Positions 9,589 to 21,200 are shown, counted from the first letter of the stretch. The stretch: DNA of 64,000 bases from Sediminibacterium sp. (GCA_028687975.1 JAQTZD010000005.1:2905-66904); one strand, 5' to 3'. Translations and numbers: made by a program. Notes: a model not told the origin generated them from the sequence alone.

Positions 9589-10674
9589 ATGTTACTGCTA
9601 AAGGATCTTGAACTGGTGCAATTCAGGAACTACCTGTTCACAAAATGGGAGTTCAGCGAAAGAATTGTCGGGATCTGCGGATTAAACGGCACAGGCAAAA
9701 CCAATCTGCTCGACGCCATTTACTATCTGGGATTTTCGAGAAGTTATTTCTCCAGAACAGATGCCCAGAATGTACGCCACGGAGAATCGGGCATGCGCAT
9801 TTCCGGTAATTACCTGCTGAACGGCGATGCTGCCGTAATCACCTGTATCCTCCGGGAGAACAACAAAAAGGAATTGTCGGTAAATGATGTACTGTACAAA
9901 AAGATGAGCGAGCACGTAGGCAAATTTCCCTGCGTGATGATTGCGCCGGATGATGTGGAACTGGTTACCGGAAGCGGTGAAGCCCGGCGTAAAATGATTG
10001 ACACCATTTTATCGCAGACCGATCGCGATTACCTCCACCAGCTGATGGCTTATACCAGGCTGATACAGCAACGAAACAGCTTACTCCGGCAGGCAGAGAA
10101 CGGGACTATTCCGGATCATACCCTCTTGCAGATTTTGAACGAACAGCTGGTACAATCCGGCGAATGGATTCACCACTGCAGAAGGGCGTTTTTGGAACAG
10201 TTCATACCGCTTGTAAGCAAATTATACACGTTGATCGCCGGCAAATCGGATGGACTCGCCATGTATTACGACAGTCAGCTGAACAATAATGCTTCATTTG
10301 CAGAACTGCTGGCAGGCAGTTTGCAAAAAGACCTGGTATTACAACGTACCACCAGGGGAATTCACCGCGATGATCTCCGTGTTGAACTTGAAACACATCC
10401 CTTTAAATCGGAGGCTTCACAGGGGCAGCGCAAGAGCCTCCTGTTTGCAATGAAACTGGCAGAATGGGAATACCTGCGGGAAAAAATCGGAGTTCCGCCC
10501 ATCCTCCTGCTCGACGATGTATTTGAAAAACTGGATGAAAAAAGGATGTTCCAGTTGTTGTTCAGGGTTTGCAGTGAGGCCTACGGACAGGTATTTATCA
10601 CGGATACACATGCAGAGCGGCTGAAGCTGCAGCTGGAGCAAACCGGCGCAGCCTTTCAACTGATTGAGTTATAA
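9589..10674 (+). CDS. recF: DNA replication/repair protein RecF
   Basis: QFRNY, Walker A GLNGTGKTNLLDAIY, SQGQRKS signature, LLLDDVF. Confidence 0.96.
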   Translation: MLLLKDLELVQFRNYLFTKWEFSERIVGICGLNGTGKTNLLDAIYYLGFSRSYFSRTDAQNVRHGESGMRISGNYLLNGDAAVITCILRENNKKELSVNDVLYKKMSEHVGKFPCVMIAPDDVELVTGSGEARRKMIDTILSQTDRDYLHQLMAYTRLIQQRNSLLRQAENGTIPDHTLLQILNEQLVQSGEWIHHCRRAFLEQFIPLVSKLYTLIAGKSDGLAMYYDSQLNNNASFAELLAGSLQKDLVLQRTTRGIHRDDLRVELETHPFKSEASQGQRKSLLFAMKLAEWEYLREKIGVPPILLLDDVFEKLDEKRMFQLLFRVCSEAYGQVFITDTHAERLKLQLEQTGAAFQLIEL

Positions 10675-10694
10675 AATAGCACTAACTTTACCAC

Positions 10695-10976
10695 ATGGCT
10701 GAGATGCATATTGGCGACGCACTAAAAGGGTTTATCCGTAAAAGCAATTTAAAGAACGGCATTCGTGCTGTTCAGATTGAAGAGGTATGGGAATCCCTGA
10801 TGGGCAAAACCATTGCTAAATACACCGACAAGATTCAGATCATTCAAAAGAAACTGTTCATCCATACCAATGTAGGGCCACTTAAAAATGAATTGCAATA
10901 CCAGAAACCGCAAATCATTGCGCGGGTGAACGAAGCTTTCGGGGAAGAGATCATTAACGAAGTAATCATTCAGTAA
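10695..10976 (+). CDS. DUF721 (DciA-like) protein
   Basis: W--LMG-TIA-YT...L-I....LKNEL; conserved position downstream of recF. Confidence 0.85.
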   Translation: MAEMHIGDALKGFIRKSNLKNGIRAVQIEEVWESLMGKTIAKYTDKIQIIQKKLFIHTNVGPLKNELQYQKPQIIARVNEAFGEEIINEVIIQ

Positions 10977-10988
10977 TGGCCTGCTGAA

Positions 10989-12038
10989 TTATCCGTTCAT
11001 CCGAACCCTCGGATCAATCCAGCCATAGAGCAAATCTGCCAGGAGATTCACCAGTACAAAAAAACTGGCGGTAAGCAATACACTCCCCATCACTACCGGA
11101 AAGTCCAGTTTCTCCAGGGCGTCTACCGTTACTTTTCCAATTCCTTTCCAGCCAAAAATATATTCCACAAAAAAAGCGCCGGCCAGCAGTTCGGCAAACC
11201 AGCCGGTGATGGCGGTTATCACCGGGTTAAGCGCATTGCGCAATGCATGCCGGAACAGCACCACCCTTTTGCTCAGTCCTTTGGCATATGCAGTGCGGAT
11301 ATAATCCTGATCGAGCACATCGAGCATGGCACTCCGGGTAAGCTGCGTAATAATGGCCAGGGGCCGGATACCCAACGTGAGTGCCGGAAGCACCAGGCTT
11401 TTCAAAGAGAGCTGCTTTCCCAAAAAAGGATCCGTATAAAAAAGGCTGCCGGTCATTTGCAGCCCGGTGAAATCGCTCCATACAAACCCAAAGAAATAGG
11501 CCAGCAGGATTCCCATGAAAAACGAAGGGGCCGATATACCCAATACACTGGCAAAAACGGCGCTGGTATCCATCCAGGTATTTTGTTTAACCGCCGCCAG
11601 TACACCCAGTGCAATGCCAACTACCGTAGCAAACAACATGGCTGCCAGTGCCAGTACCAATGTGCCGGGCAGGGCTTCGTACAACACGGTACCTACCTCC
11701 TTCTTGGTTTGATAAGACCTGCGCAGATAAGGTACTTTGATGGCCAGTTTTTTTTCTCCTCCAATAAACAGTCCCTTGAGTCTTTTCGATGTTATTTCTT
11801 CCTGCGTATGAACTGCAATGGGCGATACGTCGTTCACATAGTGAATCAACTGCTTCCAGACAGGCTGATCTAAGGCAAGCTCTTTTCGGATATTCTGTAT
11901 CGTGGCACTGTCGCCGGTCTGGCCCAATACCAGTCTCGCAGGATCACCGAATCCCTGAAACAAAAAGAATACCACCACCACTACCCCTGCCAGTACCAGT
12001 ATGCCATAACCTATTTTTTTGGAGAGATATTGTATCAA
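10989..12038 (-). CDS. ABC transporter permease, oligopeptide/dipeptide (OppB/DppB-like) type
   Basis: GDPARLVLG, EAA-loop region DYIRTAYAKGL, FVEYIFGWKGIG. Confidence 0.9.
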   Translation of the reverse strand: MIQYLSKKIGYGILVLAGVVVVVFFLFQGFGDPARLVLGQTGDSATIQNIRKELALDQPVWKQLIHYVNDVSPIAVHTQEEITSKRLKGLFIGGEKKLAIKVPYLRRSYQTKKEVGTVLYEALPGTLVLALAAMLFATVVGIALGVLAAVKQNTWMDTSAVFASVLGISAPSFFMGILLAYFFGFVWSDFTGLQMTGSLFYTDPFLGKQLSLKSLVLPALTLGIRPLAIITQLTRSAMLDVLDQDYIRTAYAKGLSKRVVLFRHALRNALNPVITAITGWFAELLAGAFFVEYIFGWKGIGKVTVDALEKLDFPVVMGSVLLTASFFVLVNLLADLLYGWIDPRVRMNG

Positions 12039-12045
12039 GGGGTTT

Positions 12046-13134
12046 CTATTTAATCAGGATGGCTGCATCAGAATAACTGCGTTTGTCTACAATGGTGGCA
12101 CCCTGCATCAGGAAAAAAGTTGGTTTTACCCGTGCAGCTGTTTTAAGAACTGTGGCATCACAACTGAACACCTGCAACTGAGGAAAATACTGCTGCAGTT
12201 TTGTTGCTTCAGGAGTTACCAGATAAACAGGCCAGTTTTTTGCACTGAACTCAGGCAGCAAACGGTCCAACTCCGGTTTCCACTCCTCTACTTCCTTTCC
12301 GTCCTGGATCAATACCAGGATGTAGTTGCCGGTTTGCTCCAATATGGCTGCGGTGGAATCTGTCCGATCCAAAGTTTGCAGGGAGAAATCGGTGATAGCA
12401 GGTTTTAAGCCATTCCCGGGTTTTACCAGCCGGTCTATGCGGTTAACATATTCGTAGGTTGAATCAAAATCTTCGGGAAAGCTGGCCTGATCAAAGCGCA
12501 GTTCCCTGCCATTTTTTTGGTACACAAATTCAATCGAAAAACTGTCTGTTGTGGCACCCGGAGGCATTTGCATCTGCTGCAGAATATTGTTGCCCTTCTT
12601 ATAAGGGAGGCAGTCTACAATCGGGAGATGTTGCAACACATACCACTGCAAAAAGAAGCCAAAAAACACGGTCAGTCCCAGCAACAAAGATGCTAGTCTG
12701 CTTCCGGTTAATGGTTGAATCTTTGATTGATAAAAAAGGAGTATCAGAATCAGCACCAGCAATACCAGGTCTTTTCCAAAAGACTGTGCCGGTGTGATGG
12801 GTAAGCAATCTCCGAAACATCCGCAGGCTTTGATTTTACCCGAAAACAACGCATACCCGGTAAGGAAGGTAAAGAAGATAATCAGCAGGAGCAATAACCA
12901 GCTGAAAATTTTTACCTGCCATCCGATGATAATAGACATGCCTGCCAGTACTTCAAATACGTTCATCAGTATGGCAAACAGCAATGCATAATCATTCATT
13001 CCCTGAAGATGACCTGCCTCAAAGAATTCCTGCATTTTATAGCTGAGTCCTGCAGGGTCATTGATCTTGATCAGTCCGGAAAAAATAAAGAGCAATCCAA
13101 CCACCCATCTTACAACAAGGAGGAGATTCTTCAT
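12046..13134 (-). CDS. DoxX/BT_3928 family membrane protein
   Basis: GLLFIFSGLIKINDP-G---K--EFF, CGCFGD, followed by a periplasmic thioredoxin-like C-terminal region. Confidence 0.8.
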   Translation of the reverse strand: MKNLLLVVRWVVGLLFIFSGLIKINDPAGLSYKMQEFFEAGHLQGMNDYALLFAILMNVFEVLAGMSIIIGWQVKIFSWLLLLLIIFFTFLTGYALFSGKIKACGCFGDCLPITPAQSFGKDLVLLVLILILLFYQSKIQPLTGSRLASLLLGLTVFFGFFLQWYVLQHLPIVDCLPYKKGNNILQQMQMPPGATTDSFSIEFVYQKNGRELRFDQASFPEDFDSTYEYVNRIDRLVKPGNGLKPAITDFSLQTLDRTDSTAAILEQTGNYILVLIQDGKEVEEWKPELDRLLPEFSAKNWPVYLVTPEATKLQQYFPQLQVFSCDATVLKTAARVKPTFFLMQGATIVDKRSYSDAAILIK

Positions 13135-13144
13135 GGTGAACAGT

Positions 13145-13690
13145 TTAGTGTTTTCCCTCTTCTATTAAAATCAGTGCAAATGCTGCATAATTGATGATAT
13201 CAATATAGTTGGCATCAATTCCTTCACTGATCAGCGTTTTACCGTCGTTTTGCAATATCTGGCGAATCCTCAACAGCTTCACCAATATCAGGTCTGCAAA
13301 GCTTTCCTGGCTCATTTCTCTCCAGGCTTCGCCGTAGTCGTGGTTTTTAGACAACATGGTTTCCCTGGCAACCTGTACATACTTTTGATACAGTGCTGCC
13401 GTTTGTTCCACCTCCAGTTCTTCCACGGTTGAATGTCCGATACTGAGTTGAATCAGTCCAATGACTGCGTAATTCAGAATACCCTTGAACTCGGATGGAA
13501 TATCGTCTCCCACTTTCTGGGTTTTCAGATCCTGAATGGTTCTGATGCGCAGCGCCTTGATAAAAATCTGGTCTACCACAGAAATGGTTCTGAGTACACG
13601 CCAGGCGGTGCCATAGTCTTTGGTTTTCTTGATAAAAATATCAAAACAGGATGCTATGGCCCGATCGTATTGCTCGTTCGTATTCAACAT
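13145..13690 (-). CDS. DUF1599 domain protein (two repeats)
   Basis: KTKDYGTAWR and KNHDYGEAWR repeats; start moved to MLNTNEQY at 13690 so it does not overlap divergent folP. Confidence 0.85.
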   Translation of the reverse strand: MLNTNEQYDRAIASCFDIFIKKTKDYGTAWRVLRTISVVDQIFIKALRIRTIQDLKTQKVGDDIPSEFKGILNYAVIGLIQLSIGHSTVEELEVEQTAALYQKYVQVARETMLSKNHDYGEAWREMSQESFADLILVKLLRIRQILQNDGKTLISEGIDANYIDIINYAAFALILIEEGKH

Positions 13691-13757
13691 TATTCTTCCT
13701 TCGTTTACTTCTTTGATAATATCTTTGAATCCGGTGCAATTTAACTGAATCAGCAGA

Positions 13758-14585
13758 ATGTTTACACTTAACTGTAAAGGAAGTTTATGGACCATCCGGC
13801 AACCGGTGGTCATGGGTATCATTAATGCCACGCCCGACTCATTTTTTGGCCAGAGCAGGGCTACCGGACTGGATGCTGCTGTAACAACTGCTGCACGCAT
13901 GATTCATGATGGCGCTGCCATATTGGATATCGGCGGACAGAGTACCCGTCCGGATGCTGAACTGGTAGGAGAAACAGAAGAAACCAACCGTGTGATTCCT
14001 GCTATCAGCGCCATTCACCGCACTTTTCCGGAAATGATCCTATCGGTGGATACCTATTATCCGTCTGTGGCCAAAGCGGCTGTTGCCGCCGGCGCTTCCA
14101 TCGTGAACGATATCAGCGGAGGAAGATATGATGCAGCCATGCTTCCGGTTGTAGCAGCGCTCCGGGTACCCTATGTACTCATGCACAGCACCGGTACGGC
14201 ATCCACTATGCACCAACAATCCATTCAGGGAAATATCACCCTGGAACTGTTGCAGTATTTTAAAGAAAGATTGGCCGCCTGTACCGACGCAGGTATTCAG
14301 GATGTGATACTGGATCCGGGGCTTGGTTTTGGTAAAACCATGGACCAGAATTTTCAGTTACTAAAAGAACTCAACAGCCTGCAATTGTTCCAAAAACCAG
14401 TTTTACTGGGCGTTTCCCGGAAAACCATGATTCACAAAACCCTGCAGATCACTCCGGAGGAATCCCTGAACGGAACCACGGTACTCCATACCATTGGCTT
14501 ACTGAACAATGCAACGATTCTGCGGGTGCACGATGTAAAGGAAGCCGTGCAAGCCATCCGGCTGGTAGCCGCATTACCCTCCTAA
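13758..14585 (+). CDS. folP: Dihydropteroate synthase
   Basis: MGIINATPDSF, DIGGQSTRP, SVDT, DPGLGFGK, GVSRK, LRVHDV. Confidence 0.97.
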   Translation: MFTLNCKGSLWTIRQPVVMGIINATPDSFFGQSRATGLDAAVTTAARMIHDGAAILDIGGQSTRPDAELVGETEETNRVIPAISAIHRTFPEMILSVDTYYPSVAKAAVAAGASIVNDISGGRYDAAMLPVVAALRVPYVLMHSTGTASTMHQQSIQGNITLELLQYFKERLAACTDAGIQDVILDPGLGFGKTMDQNFQLLKELNSLQLFQKPVLLGVSRKTMIHKTLQITPEESLNGTTVLHTIGLLNNATILRVHDVKEAVQAIRLVAALPS

Positions 14586-14619
14586 AAAAATGCCGGACTG
14601 ATCAGCTATCAATCCGGCA
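14584..14619 (-). terminator. Rho-independent terminator (FKBP gene; between convergent folP and FKBP)
   Basis: TGCCGGA...TCCGGCA stem with an A7 run on the + strand (U-tract on the minus strand). Confidence 0.7.
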
Positions 14620-14647
14620 GGATATCCATGAATGCTATTGAACTCTA

Positions 14648-15574
14648 TTAATGCCGGGGATATCCCTGCGGGCCCTGTGGCATCATTGGTAAAGTAGTAC
14701 CCGGAGCCGCATTGGTTACATCCAGGATCTCAATATCAAATACCAATGCTGCATAAGGAGGAATAACCGGAGCGCTTCCATTGGGTCCGTAACCCAGCAA
14801 TGCAGGAATGTATACACGTCCTCTTCCACCTTTTCCAAAGAAACGAAGTGCTTCATCCAGTCCGCGGATTACACCACCGCTTCCTACCACAACGCTCAGT
14901 GGCTCTTTGTTGGGTGAATCCTTGTCCATATTGCCATCAAATTTCTTTCCATTCAGGAAGGTACCTCTGTACAATACAGATGCCTGTTTACCGGAATCTG
15001 CTCTCAGGGTTGCATCCCCGGCTTCAGTTACTTCCACAAACAATCCGGAAGGTGTTTCCTGAACCTTGGCTCCTTTTTTAGCAGTAAAGTCTTTCAGTTC
15101 TTTTGTTTCCCTTACTTTTTCATTGTCCAGTTCTTTCTGGTAGTCGGCCATCATCTGTTCTTCGTTGGCGAAAGTTTTAATCACTTCCACTTTACCGTTG
15201 ATCAGGTCTTTTTGCTTGAAAATTTCATTGTACTCGAGCATACCCAGTTTTTTCAGGGAATCCACATTCATCACAAAATCGATTTTATCGCCGGGAGCAC
15301 ATTTATTGATCAGCTCAATAAAGCTGTGCTTTGAGATGCGGCTGGTATCTACCCGAAAATATACAGGCACTCTGCCGAATGTACTGCTCAGCACAGAATC
15401 CTTTGCAGGAAGCTTGTACTCTACATTCATTTTAACAAACTGTCCCTGTTTCAACAGGTCCTTACTTCCGCCTTTCTCAATTTTATAAGCAAGACCCGAA
15501 GGTGTTTTTTCATATTGATTACAACTTGCAAGCAATACAACCGCTGATAACAGCGGGATGGTAATTCTCCTCAT
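14648..15574 (-). CDS. FKBP-type peptidyl-prolyl isomerase lipoprotein
   Basis: Lipobox LLASC; YRG-FL-G--FD, VIRGLDE, YIPALLGYG, IPPYAALVFDIE. Confidence 0.92.
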   Translation of the reverse strand: MRRITIPLLSAVVLLASCNQYEKTPSGLAYKIEKGGSKDLLKQGQFVKMNVEYKLPAKDSVLSSTFGRVPVYFRVDTSRISKHSFIELINKCAPGDKIDFVMNVDSLKKLGMLEYNEIFKQKDLINGKVEVIKTFANEEQMMADYQKELDNEKVRETKELKDFTAKKGAKVQETPSGLFVEVTEAGDATLRADSGKQASVLYRGTFLNGKKFDGNMDKDSPNKEPLSVVVGSGGVIRGLDEALRFFGKGGRGRVYIPALLGYGPNGSAPVIPPYAALVFDIEILDVTNAAPGTTLPMMPQGPQGYPRH

Positions 15575-15581
15575 TTTAGAT

Positions 15582-16589
15582 TTATTGTAGTTGATTTTTA
15601 TACTGTTTTAATACTTCTTTAAAATCCCTGACAGTCTGATCAATGGAATGACTGCTTCTTCCACCGGAGGCATTGGCATGTCCGCCCCCTTCAAAATGCA
15701 TGCGGGCAAACTGGTTCACATCAAAGCTCCCCTTGCTCCTGAAACTCCATTTTCGTTCCTCATCCCGATCGATCACAATGGCACCGAATTTAATTCCCTG
15801 AATGGTCAGCAGGTAATTCACCAGACCTTCTGTATCTCCGGTTTTAATTTCATACTTCTGTAAATCCTGCTTTGTAATATACATGAAAGCAGTATTATAC
15901 TCATATAAAACTTCCATTCTGCTGGTAAGCGCAAAGCCAATGAACCGAAGCCTGTTCTCCAGGAAGTTGTCGTAAATATGGTTGTGTACCTGGTCGTGCT
16001 CAAAACCGGTTTCTTTCAACCGGGCTATCATGCGGTGAACAGATGCGGTGGTGGATGGAAACCGGAAAGAACCTGTATCGGTCATAACGCCTGTATACAA
16101 ACAGGTTGCGATGTCTGTATTAATGCTGTTATCATGACCCGAAGCAACTATAAAATCGTAGATCATTTCGCAGGTAGAACTCTTTCCTGTATCACTGATG
16201 CCATACGTAAAAGAATCTGCATCGGGTTGCTGGTGATGATCAATCAGTATTTTCACCGCATCTGCGTTGGCCAGGTGAATGGCCAGGTGCTTGGTTCGGT
16301 GAAAAATATTGAAATCGAGACAAAAAATTACCTGAGCCGCTTCCAGTATTTTCAGCGACTTTTCCTTGTTCATTTCAAAGTTGATCACCTGTTTGGTACC
16401 TGGCATCCAATGCAGAAAATCTGCCCAGTTCGTAGGCGAAATAACAGTAACATCGTGGTTCAGTCCTTTCAGAAAATGATACAGGCCCAGTGCAGACCCC
16501 ATGGCATCGCCATCGGGTTTCTGGTGCATGGTGATCACCACTTTTTGTGGTGTAGACAAACTTGGGTAAAATAGAGCAATATCCTGCAT
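15582..16589 (-). CDS. nrnA: DHH/DHHA1 family phosphoesterase (NrnA-like)
   Basis: HQKPDGDAMGS, CLD, IDHH, TDTGSF, GGGHANASG. Confidence 0.88.
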   Translation of the reverse strand: MQDIALFYPSLSTPQKVVITMHQKPDGDAMGSALGLYHFLKGLNHDVTVISPTNWADFLHWMPGTKQVINFEMNKEKSLKILEAAQVIFCLDFNIFHRTKHLAIHLANADAVKILIDHHQQPDADSFTYGISDTGKSSTCEMIYDFIVASGHDNSINTDIATCLYTGVMTDTGSFRFPSTTASVHRMIARLKETGFEHDQVHNHIYDNFLENRLRFIGFALTSRMEVLYEYNTAFMYITKQDLQKYEIKTGDTEGLVNYLLTIQGIKFGAIVIDRDEERKWSFRSKGSFDVNQFARMHFEGGGHANASGGRSSHSIDQTVRDFKEVLKQYKNQLQ

Positions 16590-16718
16590 ATGATGGCGGC
16601 AAAATTGGGGTATCTGTGTTAGTTAATCAAATCATTTTAACAGTAAATGTTAAAAATACACTATTTGACTTGTTCCAAACCCCTGCTATGCCTTACTTTT
16701 GCCGCGAAATATACATAT

Positions 16719-17135
16719 ATGAGCAACAGAACATTTACCATGATTAAGCCCGATGCTACTTCCAAAGGGCATACAGGAGCTATTTTGGATCAGATTTTGA
16801 AAGCAGGCTTCTCCATAAAAGCCATGAAATGGATTCAACTGACCGAAAAACAGGCTGGCCTGTTTTATGATATTCACAGAGAAAGACCTTTCTTCCAGGA
16901 ACTCGTAGATTTCATGAGCAGTGGTCCTATTGTGGCTGCAGTTCTTGAAAAAGAGAATGCAGTAGCCGATTTCAGAACCTTAATTGGTGCTACCAACCCT
17001 GCACAGGCTGAAGAAGGTACGATTCGCAAGCGTTTTGCCGCATCTATTGGCGAAAATGCTGTACACGGAAGCGACAGCGATGAAAACGCTTTGATCGAAG
17101 CCGATTTCTTCTTCTCCAAACTGGAAAGATATTAA
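16719..17135 (+). CDS. ndk: Nucleoside diphosphate kinase
   Basis: [25 protein letters not shown]; start moved to MSNRT, downstream of a TACTTTTG -7 element. Confidence 0.97.
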   Translation: MSNRTFTMIKPDATSKGHTGAILDQILKAGFSIKAMKWIQLTEKQAGLFYDIHRERPFFQELVDFMSSGPIVAAVLEKENAVADFRTLIGATNPAQAEEGTIRKRFAASIGENAVHGSDSDENALIEADFFFSKLERY

Positions 17136-17172
17136 TGGCTGAATCTGCTGTAACAAGCGCAATAAAATTAGT

Positions 17173-17205
17173 TCCCGGTTCTTCTTCGAAGACCGGGATT
17201 TTTTT
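17173..17205 (+). terminator. Rho-independent terminator after ndk
   Basis: TCCCGGTTCTTC...GAAGACCGGGA stem followed by T7. Confidence 0.75.
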
Positions 17206-17257
17206 GTCGGTTCCTTCCGCATCAGCCAACAGCATTGGAATCAGGGGAATGCCTGTA

Positions 17258-18169
17258 TCAATAAACATTGCGTGGGCTCCGTAAACGCGAGCGGTTAAAA
17301 CTGTTGGTGCCCCAGTTCCGGGTAGACCGCCCGGAACCACTGCCTAGTGTAAGACTGTTCAGTCTGAAAGAAAGACCCAGCCCAATCGTGTAATACATGT
17401 CTTTTGCATACCCACCCCGCTTTATATTCACTCCGGGATAGGGTGAAGAAGAAATTTCATCACCCCGGTAAGTTAAACCAATGGTGGTATTAGCGGTTGA
17501 TGATTCGGTCAATACAATTGCTTTGTCCGGATAGGTATTGCCTACATCATCGAGGTAATCGGTAAATAATTTCCGAAGGGTAATATCAAAAAACAGGTTA
17601 ATGTCCTCGGTAACTGCCACCTTAACACCTGCACCAATCGGAATCTGTACATGAAGCAGCCCATATTTTTTCCTTTCCGGATAGGAAGGTAGCCCCTGTC
17701 CTTCCGTACCGTAATTCCGCAGGTATACTTTTTCTCCCGTACGGGAATAGGTCCAGGGGTTGCTGTGGAAAATACCCAACCCCAAATGCATATAAGGTGT
17801 AAGAAAATATTCTCCGCTGTTGATATTCATGAAATCGTACTCAATTCCCAGGTTGAATTCCCAGAGATTGGTTCTAAAATTCAGGTTTCTGTTGATAAAA
17901 TCTTGCCGGGTATTGAAGCGGTCGTCGGCCTTCAGTTTCATAATGGAAATGTCTGCACGTCCCATCAATTGGTCGGTAAAATCATAGGTCATTCCCAGAT
18001 TCAGCGCAATCGAAGACTGGTCGATCAGTTTGGCCTTTTCTTTTAAATCTCCATAATAGGTAGCCAATCCCAGGCCCATTTTAAAGCGAAAAGGCGCATC
18101 CTGCGCAATAACTACACCTGAAAACGACAAAAAGTATAATAAAATAAGAATTCGCTTAAAAACTGACAT
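17258..18169 (-). CDS. DUF6089/PorT-like outer-membrane beta-barrel protein
   Basis: Signal peptide, YYGDL, RNLNFRT, GTEGQG, FTDYLDDV motifs. Confidence 0.75.
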   Translation of the reverse strand: MSVFKRILILLYFLSFSGVVIAQDAPFRFKMGLGLATYYGDLKEKAKLIDQSSIALNLGMTYDFTDQLMGRADISIMKLKADDRFNTRQDFINRNLNFRTNLWEFNLGIEYDFMNINSGEYFLTPYMHLGLGIFHSNPWTYSRTGEKVYLRNYGTEGQGLPSYPERKKYGLLHVQIPIGAGVKVAVTEDINLFFDITLRKLFTDYLDDVGNTYPDKAIVLTESSTANTTIGLTYRGDEISSSPYPGVNIKRGGYAKDMYYTIGLGLSFRLNSLTLGSGSGRSTRNWGTNSFNRSRLRSPRNVY

Positions 18170-18205
18170 ATCTGAATATATGGCAAATATAGAATATTTA
18201 CTTAC

Positions 18206-21200
18206 CTAATCCAGTATCGTCTTATGGGTTATTTCTTTGATGATTTGGTCCAGTTCGTCGGCGGAATGTTCCAGGTAATCGAGGAAGGTATGCTCCTCCT
18301 CTTTTTCAACCAGGCCGTTTTTAAACATATTGACCAGTCCCATTAAGCGGGCCAGCGGCGCCCTTACCAGGTGAGATTGGGCCCAGGCAATGTCTTTTAA
18401 CTGCTTGTTCTGCCTTTCCAGGTTCAGGTGGATCTGCTTTTGCATAGTGATGTCTTCGAGATAACCATACCATACCACATTGCCGGTCTCATTTACTTCA
18501 GGGTGATAAAACAGTTTTACCCATACCGTTCCACCTTTTGGCAGGTTTACCCTGTATTCAATAGTCAGATCTGTAAGCTCACTCAGGCACTTTTTATACA
18601 TGTTTTGCACCAGCAGCCGGTCTTCTTCCACCACCCAATCCGTAATCAGGTGGGGATTCTTCATCACATCCATTGTACTGATTCCTTTATAAATATTCCG
18701 GATTCCCCTGCTGATGAAAGGGATTTCCACACTACCGGAAGGCTCCGATTCCATCTGCAGAATCGCAATCGGGATCATTTCGGTCAGTTTTTTCAACTGA
18801 TCATGGCTCTGAATCAGGTCTGCCTCCAGTATCCTGCGTACGGTAATATCCATCACAACCCCGATATGTTTTGTTAGTACCCCCTGATCATCCGCATAGG
18901 TCATACCTGAAATAATCAGGTTCCTGACAGCGCCGTCTTTGCGATTCAACCGCACTTCAAAGGATTCTGTTATTCCGGGACTGGCTACGGTTTTTTCATA
19001 CCACTTGCGGTAAGCCTCCCGATCGTCGGCATGGATCCGTTCCAGAAAACGTTCTTTTTCGGGTTTAAATTCTCCCGGCTTGTATCCCAGGATCCGGTAA
19101 AACTCATCGCTCCAAATCCTTTCCTGGGTCTGCAGATCAATTTCAATACTGCCAATATGTGCAATTCCTTCGGCCCTGTTCAACAAGTCGCCGATGCGCT
19201 GCACCCTTATTTCAGAAGCTCTTACATGGGTAAGGTCCTTAAAATAGGCCGCAGAATACATTTTTTTATCGATGGTGAACGTACTGCCTGCTGAAATGCT
19301 GATGGGAATATGCTTACCAGACTTATGCAGTGCATGGCATTCAGCGGTATTGGTATTGGCACCATCCTGATCAGGTCTGGCAAATTGTTCAAAAATATGT
19401 TGTATCTGCTCCTTCTCTTCGGGAGGATGCAATAAACGAATATCCATTCCGATCAATTCTGCTCTGGTGTATCCCAATAAATCCAGCGCCCTGCTGTTCA
19501 CATCCACCAGGCAATGTGTTGTTACATCGGCAATAAAAATGGGGTCACTCGCGCCGGAAAACAGTGCGCTGTAACGTTGTTCATTCAGCCGGTTGTTTTG
19601 TTCAATCAGCTTTACTTCGGTTACGTCATGAACAAATACCGTTAGCCCGTATACCTGGCCTTTTTGATCAACAATTGGCCCATACCGGTTTTCGTAAATC
19701 CGCGTTTTGCCTAACGTAAGTTCCAGGTGCTGAGACAACACAAAATGTTCTCCGTTCAATGCCCTGTTAAAAATTTGTTTAGACATTTCTTGCAGGTGCC
19801 CGGGTATCAGTTCAAAAACATCCTGACCTACCTGAATGTCTTTACCCAGTAAACGCCGGATATGCTCATTGTATCCGTCTGTGTAAGTACTTAACCTGAG
19901 CTGCTTATCCAGGGCAACAATGTACACATCCTTGGGGCTGTTGATGATGGATTTCAACAAAGCACTGTCTTTTAGTGCTGTTTGCCGGCTATGCTCCAGT
20001 TGAAGTTCATACTGCTTTCTCTCGGTAATATCCTGGATTACTCCAATCAGTTTTTCAACCGCACCGGTTTCATCAAAATAAGCCAGGCCCAGTGCTACAA
20101 ATGTTCTTTGCTCGCCATCTTTCCGCATCAGATTAATCTCTATAGAACTTCTTTTTACCCGGTCTTTGATCATGCCTTGATACCACTGGATGTACCGGTC
20201 GCGATCTTCGGGAACTAATTGGCCCAGAAAAACATTCATATCCGGCCGTATGCTATCGGGTTCGTATCCCAGTAACTTATAAAATCCCCAGCTCCAAACC
20301 CGTTCCCCGGTTTTGGCATCAATTTCCACACTACCCGTTTGGGCAATCCTTTCTGCTTCTATCAACAATGCATTGTTCCGCTCCTCTTTTCGTTTGGCTG
20401 CAACACGCTCAGAAATATCCGAGATTATATTGGAAGTATACAATCCACCATGTGTATCTGTAAAAATGACGGAAGCAATTTCACAGGCAAACCGCTCCCC
20501 GTTCTTTTTAATACCGGTAATTTCTCCTTTTATTCTTCCATACTGAATCCGATCCTTCAGCTTTTGCTGCATCTCAGGACTGGATAAATCAAACAGCTGA
20601 TCACGGTGCATCTGCCTGAATTCGGATTCGGTATAACCAAAAAGATCCGAAGCCGCTTTATTCGACTCCAGTATGGTCCCATCCGGTTTTGCAAGTAAAA
20701 TGCCAAAAAAGGAATTTTCAATAACGGCTCTGTACATTTTTTCCCTGTCTGCAATTTTTTCATTTAACGACTGTATCCGAGCTTCGGATTCCCTTCTTTG
20801 CGTTACATCCAGACTCATGATCAGTCTGGCCTGGTGTCCTTCGTATATAAAATTGTGTGCACTGATTTCCACGTCAATTTTTGTACCGTCCTTTTTTAGG
20901 TGCGACCAGATTTCCTTGCTCATGTAATAGCCCGGTGTGTTTCTGTCTACCAGATTCAGCCGTTCCCGGTCCTGTTCTTCCCGGATTTCATATGCCGTCA
21001 TAGACAGGAATTCCTCCCGGCTATAACCATAATGATCTATTGCCGTCTGATTAACTGCCAGAAATCGGAAACTGGGCAATTCCAATACCCACATCGGCAG
21101 CGGACTATTCTCGAAAATGCTCTTGTATTTAGCTTCTGATTCTTCCAGTTTTTTTGCGGCCAGTTTTTTTTCGCTGATGTCCTGTACAATTTTAGATATC

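Noticed and set aside
13691-13900. Long N-terminal extensions called by the ORF track (DUF1599; also lepA 30250, ndk 16647, HMA 6033, DUF5686 60473, cyclo-ligase 41491)
   Set aside because: Most overlap neighbouring genes or promoter elements, and all lack family similarity; downstream ATGs match the family N-termini.
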